Made by a program: the position numbers and the translations under genes
Source: Candidatus Latescibacterota bacterium
GTDB taxonomy: Bacteria; Latescibacterota; UBA2968; UBA8231
NCBI GenBank assembly: GCA_964291625.2
Contig: OZ220089.1
Coordinates: 1,856,001-1,920,000 of the forward strand
Direction: 5' to 3'
Length of the DNA: 64,000 nucleotides
Shown: piece after piece, positions 1 to 9,356 of the stretch
Layout: the number at the start of each line of letters is the position of its first letter
Position numbering within the stretch: position 1 is the first letter of the stretch
Notes under the pieces: model-generated
Databases searched by the model: none
What the model was told of the DNA's origin: nothing
Seen by the model: the letters and a program-made list of their open reading frames with translations, nothing else

Positions 1-891
1 GCGCAGCTCCACGTCGGCCTCGGTCAGCCGGCCCAGCGCCGTCCCGAGGAAGGCCTCGGCCACGTCGGCGTGGACCAGCAGGGTCTCGGCGGTGCAGCAG
101 GTGGAGACGTCCTGCACCTTGGCGTCCACCGCCACCTGGAGGGCCTTGTCGAGATCGGCCGCGGCGTCGACGTACACGTGGCAGACGCCGTCGGAGTGGC
201 CGGTGACGGGGATCTTGGTGTTGTCCATGATGTAGCGCACGAACTCGTTGCTGCCGCGGGGGATGATCAGGTCGATGGCGTCGTCCTGGTCGAGCATGGA
301 GCGCACGTCCTCGCGCGTCTCCAGCAGGGTGAGCCAGCCCTCGGGCAGGCCCTCGACGGCCGCGGTGGCGCGCGCGATCAGGTCCGCCAGGGCGCGGTTG
401 GAGCGGGACGCCTCGGAGCCGCCCTTCATGAGCACGGCGTTGCCCGACTTCAGGCAGAGGGCGGCGATCTGCACGAGGGCGTCGGGACGCGACTCGAAGA
501 TCACGCCGAGGACGCCGATGGGCACGCTCACCTTGAAGAGGCGGAGCCCGTCGTCGACCTCGGTGGCTCGCTGGGTCTGCCACAGCGGGTCCTCCATGGC
601 GGCGACGCTGCGCACGCTCTCGACGGCGCGCTCGTACTTGCCCGAGGACAGGTCGAGGCGCGACACCAGCGGCTGGCCCAGCTCGCCCCGGGCGGCCAGC
701 TCCTGCGCCTCGCTACGGTCGGCGGCGTTGGCCTCCAGCATCGCCTCGCGCTCGGCCTCCAGGGCCCGGGCGATCGCCTCGAGGCCGGCGTCGCGCACGT
801 GGCCCGGAGTGGCCGCCAGCTTGCGCGCCGCATCCCGCGCCTCCATGGCGATCGCGCGCAGATCGGCGGGGGCCTGGGCAGCGGTGCTCAC
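1..891 (-). CDS. proA: Gamma-glutamyl phosphate reductase (glutamate-5-semialdehyde dehydrogenase); 3' end runs off the window
   Basis: Manual minus-strand translation gives IDLIIPRGSNEFVRYIMDNTKIPVTGHSDGVCHVYVD...CCTAETLLVH, the ProA signature. The GTG start at 891 overlaps the htpG stop (GTGA). Confidence 0.92.
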   Translation of the reverse strand, partial: MSTAAQAPADLRAIAMEARDAARKLAATPGHVRDAGLEAIARALEAEREAMLEANAADRSEAQELAARGELGQPLVSRLDLSSGKYERAVESVRSVAAMEDPLWQTQRATEVDDGLRLFKVSVPIGVLGVIFESRPDALVQIAALCLKSGNAVLMKGGSEASRSNRALADLIARATAAVEGLPEGWLTLLETREDVRSMLDQDDAIDLIIPRGSNEFVRYIMDNTKIPVTGHSDGVCHVYVDAAADLDKALQVAVDAKVQDVSTCCTAETLLVHADVAEAFLGTALGRLTEADVELR

Positions 892-3080
892 GAGTCCTCC
901 TGCTTGCGCGCCGACAGGGCCGCCTCGCTGGCGGCGCCCATCATCTTCTGGATCTGCCCCATCACCCGCTGCGGGTCCTCCACCTGCCCCTCGGCGAGGA
1001 GCACGTAGTCGACCAGGAAGTGGGACCACGACTTCAGCTCCTCCGAGTCGCGCTGGGCGCTGAGCAGCTCGCCCATGTTGCGGATCGCCGCGTGCCCGGG
1101 GTTGATCTCGAGGGTCCGCTTGGTGAGGGGGAAGCTCTCGTCGCTGATGCGCATGAGCCGCTCCATCTGCTGGCTCACGCCTCCCTTGGGCGTCACCAGG
1201 GCGCAGGGACTGTCGCTCAGCCGGCTCGACTCCCTCACGTCCCCCACCCGCTCCTCCAGCTCCTTCTTCAGGTAGCTCACCAGCTCGATGGTGCGCTCCT
1301 TCTCGCCGGCGTCCTCGGCGCCTTCGAGCTTGACCTCCTCGGGCAGCTCCACGTCCTCGGCGTCGATCGCCTGGAAGGGCTTGCCGTCGAAGTCCTGCAT
1401 CGAGCCCACCACCCACTCGTCCACCGGGTCGGTGAGGTAGAGGACCTCCAGGTCGTGGCGCCGGAAGGCCTCCAGCAGCGGGCTCTGCTCGACGGCCGGC
1501 CGGCTCTCGCCGCTGAGATAGAAGATCTTCTCCTGGTCCGACTTCATGCGGTCCACGTAGTCCTGCAGGGCGACGAGCCCCTCGGTCTGTGGCGTGCGGC
1601 TCTTCTCCTCGCTCCCGGCGCCCTCATCGGCGTCGGCCTCCGCGTCGGCCACGGCGTCAGCGTCCTGAGCCTCCTCCGCGGTGTGCCCCTCCGCGTCCGC
1701 CTCCTGGGCCGCCTCCTCGGCTTGCGCCTCCCCGGTCTCCGGCTGACCCGCCTCTTCGGCCTGCGCCTCCCCGGCGTCAGCCTGCTGCCCCGCCTCCTCG
1801 GCCTGAGCCTCCCCGGTCTCCGCCTCCGCGGGGCCGGCGTCGGTGGCCAGCTTCCGGGAGAAGGAGGAGTAGAAGCGCAGCAGCTTGCCCACCTGCTCGC
1901 GGTGCTCGAAGTCGCGGGCCACCCCCTCCTTGAGGACGATGCCGAAGGACTCCCAGAAGGTCAGGAAGGCCGCCGGGTCCCGGTCGACGAGACCTTCGAT
2001 GCAGGACAGGACCCGCCGCGTCAGGGTCTGCCGGATCTTGGCCACCACCGGGTTGTTCTGCAGCGACTCGCGGGCCACGTTGAGGGGCAGGTCGTCGCAG
2101 TCGACGACGCCGCGCACGAAGCGCAGGTACAGGGGCAGGACCTCGCAGTCGTCCTGGATGAAGACGCGCTTCACGTGCAGGTTGACGCGCACCTTGGGGT
2201 CGGGGCTGAACAGCAGCTCCAGCGGCGACTGCCGCGGCACGTAGAGGACGGCGTAGAACTGGATCGGCACGTCCACGGCCACGTGCTCCCAGACGAGGGG
2301 CTCCTGGTGGTCGCCGGACAGATGCTGGTAGAACTCCTTGTACTGCTCCTCGGTGATCTCGTTGCGGGGGCGCGCCCACAGCGCCGACGCCTCGTTCGAC
2401 TGCTTGCCGGCCACCTTGATCGGGTAGGCCACGTAGTCGGAGTGGCGGCGCACCACGGACTCCAGGCGGTGGGCGTCGAGGTACTCCTCGCAGTCGGAAC
2501 GCACGAAGACCTCGATCTCGGTGCCGCGGTCGGTCTTGTCGCGAGTCGTGGCCACGGTGTAGCTGCCGTCGCCCGTGGACTCCCAGACCACCGCCTCGGC
2601 GTCGGAATCGGCCGACCGGGTGGTGAGGACGACGCGCTCGGCGACCATGAAGACCGAGTAGAAGCCGACGCCGAACTGGCCGATCAGCTTGAGCCGCTGC
2701 TCCTCGTCCTGCTCGGACGACAACCTCTCCAGAAACTCGCGCGACCCGGAGTGGGCGATGGTGCCGATGTTGCGGTTCACCTCGTCCCGGGTCATGCCGA
2801 CGCCGGTGTCGCGGATGGTCAGCTTGCTGGCGCTCTTGTCGACGCGGATGTCGATCTCGAGCTGGGCGTCGGGGTCGACGATGCCCTGGTCGGTGAGGGA
2901 GCGGAAGCGGATCTTGTCGAGGGCGTCGGAGGCGTTGGAGACCAGCTCCCTCAGGAAGACGTCCTTGTCGGTGTAGAGGGAGTGGACGAGGATCTGCAGG
3001 ACCTGCTGGACCTCGGTCTGGAAGGCCCGCTCCTCGACCTGGGCGTCCTCTTCGCTGGTGGTGCGATGTTCGGTCGTCAT
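888..3080 (-). CDS. htpG: Molecular chaperone HtpG (Hsp90) with a long acidic insertion
   Basis: Motifs FQTEVQQVLQILVHSLY, FLRELVSNASDALDKIR, IGQFGVGFYSVFMV and LPLNVARESLQ; ATG at 3080. Confidence 0.97.
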   Translation of the reverse strand: MTTEHRTTSEEDAQVEERAFQTEVQQVLQILVHSLYTDKDVFLRELVSNASDALDKIRFRSLTDQGIVDPDAQLEIDIRVDKSASKLTIRDTGVGMTRDEVNRNIGTIAHSGSREFLERLSSEQDEEQRLKLIGQFGVGFYSVFMVAERVVLTTRSADSDAEAVVWESTGDGSYTVATTRDKTDRGTEIEVFVRSDCEEYLDAHRLESVVRRHSDYVAYPIKVAGKQSNEASALWARPRNEITEEQYKEFYQHLSGDHQEPLVWEHVAVDVPIQFYAVLYVPRQSPLELLFSPDPKVRVNLHVKRVFIQDDCEVLPLYLRFVRGVVDCDDLPLNVARESLQNNPVVAKIRQTLTRRVLSCIEGLVDRDPAAFLTFWESFGIVLKEGVARDFEHREQVGKLLRFYSSFSRKLATDAGPAEAETGEAQAEEAGQQADAGEAQAEEAGQPETGEAQAEEAAQEADAEGHTAEEAQDADAVADAEADADEGAGSEEKSRTPQTEGLVALQDYVDRMKSDQEKIFYLSGESRPAVEQSPLLEAFRRHDLEVLYLTDPVDEWVVGSMQDFDGKPFQAIDAEDVELPEEVKLEGAEDAGEKERTIELVSYLKKELEERVGDVRESSRLSDSPCALVTPKGGVSQQMERLMRISDESFPLTKRTLEINPGHAAIRNMGELLSAQRDSEELKSWSHFLVDYVLLAEGQVEDPQRVMGQIQKMMGAASEAALSARKQEDS

Positions 3081-3203
3081 GGGCGTGTTCGGAAGGTGGG
3101 TGGTGTCGCGGCTTCGGGAAGCCAGTGAATTTACGGCCGCCCCCGACCGGGGCAAGACGGGCCTTTGGCCGGTCTCCGGCGGCGCCCGTATCTTCCTGCT
3201 GCC

Positions 3204-4478
3204 ATGGGAACCGACTGCGACCTGCTCATTGTCGGCGCCGGCCCGGCCGGCACCGCCGCCGCCATGTACGCCGCCCGCCAGGGCCTGACCTCCATCGTCG
3301 TCGACCGTGACACCTTCCCGCGCGACAAGATCTGCGGCGACGCCCTGTCCGGGAAGGCCCTCTCCGTCCTCGACGAGCTCGGACTCCTGGAGGGCACGGC
3401 CGCCCTGGAGGGCAGCGAGATCAACCGCGTCCTCATGGCCAGCCCCGAGCACGTCGGCCTCAGCGTCGACCTGCGCGACCGGCGCCACCACGACCCCCTC
3501 ACGGGCCGCGAGCTGCCGCTTCGCGGCTACGTGATCCGCCGGCGCGTCTTCGACCACTTCCTGGTGCGCCAGGCCCGCGCCCAGGGTATCGAAGTGCGGG
3601 AGGGGTTCGCCGTGAAGGACCTGGTTCGCGACGAAGGAGGCCGCGTCGTCGGGGTGCGGGGCCATCGGACGGGCGGCTCCGGCAACGGCAACGGCCACCG
3701 CGGCCCCGAGGAGACCCTGACGGCCCGGGTCGTCCTCGGCTGCGACGGCTTCAACTCCATCGTCGCCCGCCGCGCCGGACTCTACTCCCACGATCCCCCG
3801 CACTGGGTGGTCGCCCTGCGCTGCTACTACGAGGGCGTGACCGGCACCACCGACGAGATCGAGCTGCACTTCGTCGACGAAGTCCGGCCCGGGTACTTCT
3901 GGATCTTCCCCTTGGAGAACGGCGGCGCCAACATCGGCATCGGCATGGTGCACTCGGAGATGAAGCGCCGGGACGTCGACCTGAAGGCCGCCCTGGAGCA
4001 GGTCATCGGCCGGCCGCCCTTCGCCGAGCGCTTCGCCGAGGCCCGGCGGTTGGAGCGGCCCGTGGGCTGGAACCTGCCCGTGGGCAGCCGCCGGCGCCCG
4101 TGCCACGGCGACGGCTTCCTGCTGCTGGGCGACGCCGCCAGCCTGATCGACCCCTTCACCGGCGAGGGCATCGGCAACGCCCTCTACTCGGCCCGCATCG
4201 CCGCCGAGGTCTGCCGCGAAGCCGTGGACGAGGACGACACCTCGGCCGCCGTCCTGGGCCGCTACGAGGACCGCCTCTGGGAGGCCCTCGGCCCCGAGCT
4301 GAAGGTGAGCTACCAGATGCAGCGCATGGGCCGCGTGCGGCCGCTGCTCAACTTCGTCATCGGCAAGGGCGCGCGCTCGCCCAAAGTCTCGGAGCACATC
4401 TGCGGCATGATGGCCAACGCCGTGCCGAAGAAGGAACTGACCAGCCCCCTGTACTACCTCAAGCTGCTCTTGACCTGA
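3204..4478 (+). CDS. Geranylgeranyl reductase-family FAD-dependent oxidoreductase
   Basis: IVGAGPAG, FPRDKICGDAL, GYFWIFP and LLGDAASLIDPFTGEGIGNAL motifs. Confidence 0.9.
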   Translation: MGTDCDLLIVGAGPAGTAAAMYAARQGLTSIVVDRDTFPRDKICGDALSGKALSVLDELGLLEGTAALEGSEINRVLMASPEHVGLSVDLRDRRHHDPLTGRELPLRGYVIRRRVFDHFLVRQARAQGIEVREGFAVKDLVRDEGGRVVGVRGHRTGGSGNGNGHRGPEETLTARVVLGCDGFNSIVARRAGLYSHDPPHWVVALRCYYEGVTGTTDEIELHFVDEVRPGYFWIFPLENGGANIGIGMVHSEMKRRDVDLKAALEQVIGRPPFAERFAEARRLERPVGWNLPVGSRRRPCHGDGFLLLGDAASLIDPFTGEGIGNALYSARIAAEVCREAVDEDDTSAAVLGRYEDRLWEALGPELKVSYQMQRMGRVRPLLNFVIGKGARSPKVSEHICGMMANAVPKKELTSPLYYLKLLLT

Positions 4479-4488
4479 AGAAGATCCA

Positions 4489-4508
4489 CCCGGGGCCGGC
4501 GCCCCGGG
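4489..4508. terminator. GC-rich hairpin between convergent genes
   Basis: CCCGGGGC-CGGC-GCCCCGGG, an 8-bp stem between the stops at 4478 and 4510. No U-tract. Confidence 0.35.
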
Positions 4509-4509
4509 C

Positions 4510-5316
4510 TCAGACCGCCGTGGCCAGGAAGCCGCCGTCGACGCACAGGTCGGCGCCGGTGACGAAGGAGCTGGCCTCGCGGGAAGCCAGGAAGACGGCC
4601 GCTCCCACCAGTTCCGACGGATCGCCGAAGCGCCCCATGGGCGTGTGCGCCAGGATCTGGCGGCCGCGATCGGTGGGCTCCCCGTCCTCCTGGAACAGCA
4701 GCCGGCGGTTCTGCTCGCCGGGGAAGAAGCCCGGGGTGATCGAGTTGACCCGCACCGCCGGCGCCCACTCGCGGGCCAGGAACCGCGTCAGATTGACGAC
4801 GGCCGCCTTGGCCGCCGAGTAGGCCACCACCCGCGACAGGGGCACGTGGGCGCTGATCGAGGCGATGTTGACGATGGAGCCGCGGCCGGCGGCCCTCATG
4901 GGCGGTCCGAAGACCTGGCACGGCAGCAGCACCCCGGCGGACAGGTTGAGATCGAGGCAGTCACGCCAGGCCTGCAGGTCCACCTCCTCGAAGCGGAGCT
5001 GCTCGTTCAGGGTGACGGCGGGCTGGTTGCCGCCGGCGGCGTTGACCAGCACCGATGGCTCGCCGAGCCGTTGCAGGACGAGCTCCCGCGCCTGTGCCAG
5101 CGGCTCCCGGGAACCCGCGTCGCAGGTGATGAAGGCGGCGCGTCCTCCCGCGGCCTCGATGTCGGCGACAACCCGCCCGCCGCGGGTCTCGTTGCGTCCG
5201 GCCACGGCCACCGCCGCTCCGGCCGCGGCCAGACCGCGGGCCATGGCGCCGCCGAGGGCCCCGGTGCCGCCGACGACCACGGCGACCTGTCCGTCGAGGC
5301 GGAAGCGGTCGGTCAC
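4510..5316 (-). CDS. SDR-family oxidoreductase (gluconate 5-dehydrogenase / D-mannonate oxidoreductase-like)
   Basis: GGTGALG, LVNAAGGN, YSAAK catalytic motif and HTPMGRFG. Confidence 0.9.
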   Translation of the reverse strand: MTDRFRLDGQVAVVVGGTGALGGAMARGLAAAGAAVAVAGRNETRGGRVVADIEAAGGRAAFITCDAGSREPLAQARELVLQRLGEPSVLVNAAGGNQPAVTLNEQLRFEEVDLQAWRDCLDLNLSAGVLLPCQVFGPPMRAAGRGSIVNIASISAHVPLSRVVAYSAAKAAVVNLTRFLAREWAPAVRVNSITPGFFPGEQNRRLLFQEDGEPTDRGRQILAHTPMGRFGDPSELVGAAVFLASREASSFVTGADLCVDGGFLATAV

Positions 5317-6143
5317 GGCACCCCCCGCAGGCCCCAGCCCGCGGCCACCGCCCTCGACAGCAGGCCGATCAGGCCCCCGAAGACGTTGCCCCAGACGATC
5401 AGCCAGCCGAGGTGGCGGCGCATCACGTGCTCCATCATCTCCTTGACCACGGCGGGCGTCAGCTCCTCGAGCTTGGCCTCCAGCAGCCGGTCGACCTGCG
5501 CCCGCAGGGCCGGGATGCCGGCGGACGGGTCCTCCCGCAGCCGCTCCTCCACCATGGGGGCCAGGCGGTCGATCAGGGCGCCGACGAACTGGTGCGCCAG
5601 GACCTTGACCACGTCGGGGCCGGCCATGCGGATCATCATCCCCATGGGGCCCTGCTTCAGGCTCTCCACCTCCGCCTCGATGGCGGCGTCGGCCTCCTCC
5701 GACTCGAGCAGGGCCCGCATCTCCTCTCCCAGGCGCGGCCCCTCGCCGCGGCCCCCCTGTTCCTCGAAGAACCGGCGCAGGTAGGCCTCGTCGAAGAAGT
5801 GGGTCATGATCAGCGTCTTGATGGTGGCGCGGATCTCGCGGAAGCGGTTGGGGATCACCCCCGACCCGTAGAGGCCGGGCACGCGGTCGAAGAGCATCTT
5901 CACGGCGAGCCAGTTGGTGATGCCGCCGGCGAACCCGAAGAGCCCGGCCGCCAGCGCCCAGGGAGCGGCCGCCACCAGCCAGCCGGGGGTCCCGGGGGAT
6001 CCCGCGGACAGGCCCAGCCCCGCCAGCAGCACCAGCAGAGAGCAGCCGTTGGAGATCTTCCCCTTGGTCCAGAAGCCGGGGTCTTGTCCCCGGAGGCCCG
6101 GGATCTCCGCCGCCGGGCCCGCGGGCGCGGAACCCTCGCTCAC
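5313..6143 (-). CDS. DUF445-family membrane protein
   Basis: FGFAGGITNWLAVKMLF and HLGWLIVWGNVFGGLIG; GTG start overlaps the ddl stop. Confidence 0.8.
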   Translation of the reverse strand: MSEGSAPAGPAAEIPGLRGQDPGFWTKGKISNGCSLLVLLAGLGLSAGSPGTPGWLVAAAPWALAAGLFGFAGGITNWLAVKMLFDRVPGLYGSGVIPNRFREIRATIKTLIMTHFFDEAYLRRFFEEQGGRGEGPRLGEEMRALLESEEADAAIEAEVESLKQGPMGMMIRMAGPDVVKVLAHQFVGALIDRLAPMVEERLREDPSAGIPALRAQVDRLLEAKLEELTPAVVKEMMEHVMRRHLGWLIVWGNVFGGLIGLLSRAVAAGWGLRGVP

Positions 6144-7243
6144 GGCAGGCCCCGGTCGGTGGAGGTGTCCGTCCGGTCGCGGTGGCGCTCGAGGGCCAGC
6201 TGGATCAGGCGGTCGATCAGCTCGGCATAGCTGACGCCGCTGGCCTCCCACAGCCTGGGGTACATGCTGATCGGCGTGAACCCCGGCATGGTGTTGATCT
6301 CGTTCACGTAGACCCGTTCCTCCTCGCCGTGGCTGACGAAGAAGTCGACCCGGGCCAGGCCCGCCGCCTCCACCGCCAGGAAGGCTCGCCGCCCGAGGTC
6401 GCGCACCCGCTCCTGGGTCCGCGGGTGGATGCGCGCCGGGATGATGAGATCCGAGTTGTCGTCGAGGTACTTGGCGCGGTAGTCGTAGAACTCGTTGCCG
6501 GGCACGATCTCCCCCGTCACCGAGACCTCGGGATCCTCGTAGCCGAGGACCGAGACCTCCACCTCGCGGCAGTCGGCGGCCTCGGCCTCGACGACGAGCT
6601 TGCGGTCGTAGCGGGCGGCCTCGTCGAGGCCGGCGGTCAGCTCCGCCGCATCCCGCGCCTTGGAGATGCCGACGCTGGAGCCGAGGTTGGCGGGCTTGAC
6701 GAACATGGGATAGCCGAGCCTCTCCTCCAGCTCGCTCCGCACGGCCTCCGGCTCGGCGCGCCAGCGGCTGCGCAGCACCGGGGCGTACTCCACCTGGTCG
6801 AAGCCCTCGGCCTGGAAGACCCGCTTCATCATGTCCTTGTCCATGCCCACCGCCGAGCCGAGGACGCCGGATCCCACGTAGGCGACGCCGGCCAGCTCCA
6901 TCAGGCCCTGCACGGTGCCGTCCTCGCCGTAGGGGCCGTGGAGGATGGGGAAGATGACGTCCACCGCCTGGGTGCCGGCGGTGCCGTTCTGCATGACCAG
7001 ATCGCCCCCCGGGTAGTCGAGGGCCACGGGCTGGAGGCCCTCGCCCCCCACCCGGCCCGCGGCCAGCAGGGCCGTGGCGTCGCCGGCGGCCAGCCAGCGG
7101 CCGTCGCGGTCGATGCCGATCATGGTGACCTCGTACTTCTCGCGATCGATCGACTCCAGCACGGAGCGCGCCGAGGTGACGGAGACCTCGTGCTCGGCGG
7201 AGCGGCCCCCGAAGAGGACGCCGACCCGGATCTTGTCGGCCAT
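6140..7243 (-). CDS. ddl: D-alanine--D-alanine ligase
   Basis: LFGGRSAEHEVS, LHGPYGEDG, VKPANLGSSVGIS and NEINTMPGFT. Confidence 0.97.
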   Translation of the reverse strand: MADKIRVGVLFGGRSAEHEVSVTSARSVLESIDREKYEVTMIGIDRDGRWLAAGDATALLAAGRVGGEGLQPVALDYPGGDLVMQNGTAGTQAVDVIFPILHGPYGEDGTVQGLMELAGVAYVGSGVLGSAVGMDKDMMKRVFQAEGFDQVEYAPVLRSRWRAEPEAVRSELEERLGYPMFVKPANLGSSVGISKARDAAELTAGLDEAARYDRKLVVEAEAADCREVEVSVLGYEDPEVSVTGEIVPGNEFYDYRAKYLDDNSDLIIPARIHPRTQERVRDLGRRAFLAVEAAGLARVDFFVSHGEEERVYVNEINTMPGFTPISMYPRLWEASGVSYAELIDRLIQLALERHRDRTDTSTDRGLP

Positions 7244-7382
7244 TTGGGGTTGCGCCTTTCTGTGTGGTCAAAGGGGGGGTGTCACGAAGATACACAGGCG
7301 GCCGCAAACCGGCCCCCCGGATCCTTGCCCGGCCGCCGCGGCGCGAGGTAGATTGGCCTGCCCTTGCAGGAGGATCCAACCC

Positions 7383-7781
7383 TTGATCAGAGCCCTGCTC
7401 GCCGTCGCCGCGGGGATCGCCGTCGCCTTCGGCGGCATCGCCCTGTTCCAGTCCCTCGGCCACCAGCTCTACCCGCCGCCCGAGGGCCTCGACCCGTCCG
7501 ACCCGGAGGCGTTCGCCGAAATCGTCGGCCAGATGCCGGTGGGCGCCCTGCTCATGGTCCTGCTCGCCTACGCGCTGGGCACCTTCTGCGGCGCCTGGCT
7601 GGCGGCGCGCATCGCCGGCCGGCCCTTCCCCGCTCTGCTCGTGGGCGGCGTGATGATGCTCGCCGGTATCTCCAACCTGGCGGTGATCCCGCACCCGTTG
7701 TGGTTCATGGTGCTCAGCGTTCTCGTCTTCGTGCCCTCGGCCTGGCTCGCCAGCCGCGTGGCCGGGGTCCACCCCTCGTGA
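7383..7781 (+). CDS. Hypothetical multi-pass membrane protein
   Basis: Four hydrophobic segments and a YPPPEGLDP motif; TTG start inferred downstream of AGGAGG. Confidence 0.7.
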   Translation: MIRALLAVAAGIAVAFGGIALFQSLGHQLYPPPEGLDPSDPEAFAEIVGQMPVGALLMVLLAYALGTFCGAWLAARIAGRPFPALLVGGVMMLAGISNLAVIPHPLWFMVLSVLVFVPSAWLASRVAGVHPS

Positions 7782-8053
7782 GCGCCGCCCCTGCGCGGGC
7801 GCGAGTGCCCGCCGACGCCCGCACGGTCTCCGTCTTCTGCGCCGGCTGCCGGACGCGGCTGCTGCGCTACCGCAAGGGGGGCGACGGCGGCCTCGTGAAG
7901 ATCCGCCCCGAGCGCATCGCCGAGGACTTCACCGGCGGCGACTACCGCTGCCCACGGTGCGGCCAGCTCTTCGCCCGCGAGCGCGGCCCCGGCGGCGGCC
8001 CCGCCTTCCTCATCGGCGGCAAGGTCTTCACCCGGGGCCTGCGCCGGCGATGA
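7778..8053 (+). CDS. Small Zn-ribbon protein (CxxC...CxxC)
   Basis: FCAGC and CPRC pairs; overlaps both neighbours (GTGA and ATGA). Confidence 0.7.
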   Translation: MSAAPARARVPADARTVSVFCAGCRTRLLRYRKGGDGGLVKIRPERIAEDFTGGDYRCPRCGQLFARERGPGGGPAFLIGGKVFTRGLRRR

Positions 8054-9345
8054 GCGAATCCTCGGCCTCCCCCGCTCCCGCCTTCGGCCGGACTCGCGAG
8101 GTCGACGTCCTCGTCGTCGGCGCGGGCTCCGTCGGCGTCTGCAGCGCCTGGTTCCTGCGCCAGGCCGGCGCCGAGGTCGTCCTCCTCGACAAGGGGGCCG
8201 TCTGCTCGGGCAGCTCCCATGGCAACGCCGGCCTCGTCGTGCCCAGCCACAGCGTGCCCCTGGCCGAGCCGGCGGCCCTGCGCGCCGGGTTGCGCTACAT
8301 GATGAGCCCGGACAGCCCCTTCTACATCAAGCCGCGCCTCGACGGCGACCTGCTGCGCTGGCTGTGGCGCTTCCGCCGCGCCGCCACCCAGGCCCGCGTC
8401 GACCGGGCGGTCCCGATCCTCCGCGACCTTCACCTCGAGAGCCGCGGCCTCTTCCGCGAGATCGCCGACAGCGGCCTCGACTTCGGCTACGGCGAGATCG
8501 GGCGGCTGATGCTGTGCGACACCCCGGAGGGGCTCGCCGCCGCCGAGGAGGAAGCCCGCCACATGGGCGCCGCCGGCATCGAGGTGGAGAGCCTGGACGC
8601 GGCCGAGGCCGCCGCGAGACTGGGCGGCTTCGAGGTCCGCTGCGTGGGCGGCGTCTTCTACTCCCAGGACTCCCACATGGACCCCGGACGCTTCGTGCGC
8701 GGCCTCGCCGGCCGCGCCGCCGAGGCCGGTGTCACCGTCGTCGAGGGGGCGGAGGTACTGCGGCTGCTGACCCGCGGCGACGCCGTCGAGGCGGTGGAGA
8801 CGACTCGCGGCGCCTTCCGCCCCCGGCAGCTGGTCCTGGCCGCCGGCTCCTGGAGCCCGGAGCTGGCCCGCGGCCTCGGCGTGAAGGCGCCGATCCAGCC
8901 GGCCAAGGGATACTCGGTCACCGTCGAGTCCCCGGAGGGCACGCCGGAACTGCCCCTCATGCTGACCGAGGCCCGGGTGGCGATGACGCCCATGGGCCGG
9001 GGGCGGGTGCGCTTCGCCGGCACCCTGGAGCTGGCCGGCATGGACCTGTCGATCAACCAGCGGCGCGTCGACGCCATCATGCGCGGCGTGCCGCGCTACA
9101 TCCCCCACTGGGACCCTTCGAGCTTCCGCGTCCACGAGGTCTGGCGCGGGCTGCGGCCTTGCACCCCCGACGGCATGGCCCTCCTCGGCCGGCCGCGGCG
9201 GTGGCGCAACGTGGTGGTCGCCGCGGGCCACGCCATGATCGGCCTCTCCCTGGGGCCGGTGACCGGGCGCATCGTCTCCCGGCTGGTGGCCGGCGAGGAG
9301 CCCGGCCACGACCTGGACCTGCTCGATCCCGACCGCTTCTCCTGA
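8050..9345 (+). CDS. D-amino-acid dehydrogenase-like FAD-dependent oxidoreductase (DadA family)
   Basis: VVGAGSVG, SSHGNAG, QPAKGYS, WRGLRPCTPDG and GHAMIGLSLGPVTG. Confidence 0.88.
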   Translation: MSESSASPAPAFGRTREVDVLVVGAGSVGVCSAWFLRQAGAEVVLLDKGAVCSGSSHGNAGLVVPSHSVPLAEPAALRAGLRYMMSPDSPFYIKPRLDGDLLRWLWRFRRAATQARVDRAVPILRDLHLESRGLFREIADSGLDFGYGEIGRLMLCDTPEGLAAAEEEARHMGAAGIEVESLDAAEAAARLGGFEVRCVGGVFYSQDSHMDPGRFVRGLAGRAAEAGVTVVEGAEVLRLLTRGDAVEAVETTRGAFRPRQLVLAAGSWSPELARGLGVKAPIQPAKGYSVTVESPEGTPELPLMLTEARVAMTPMGRGRVRFAGTLELAGMDLSINQRRVDAIMRGVPRYIPHWDPSSFRVHEVWRGLRPCTPDGMALLGRPRRWRNVVVAAGHAMIGLSLGPVTGRIVSRLVAGEEPGHDLDLLDPDRFS

Positions 9346-9356
9346 GAAAGGGCGAC

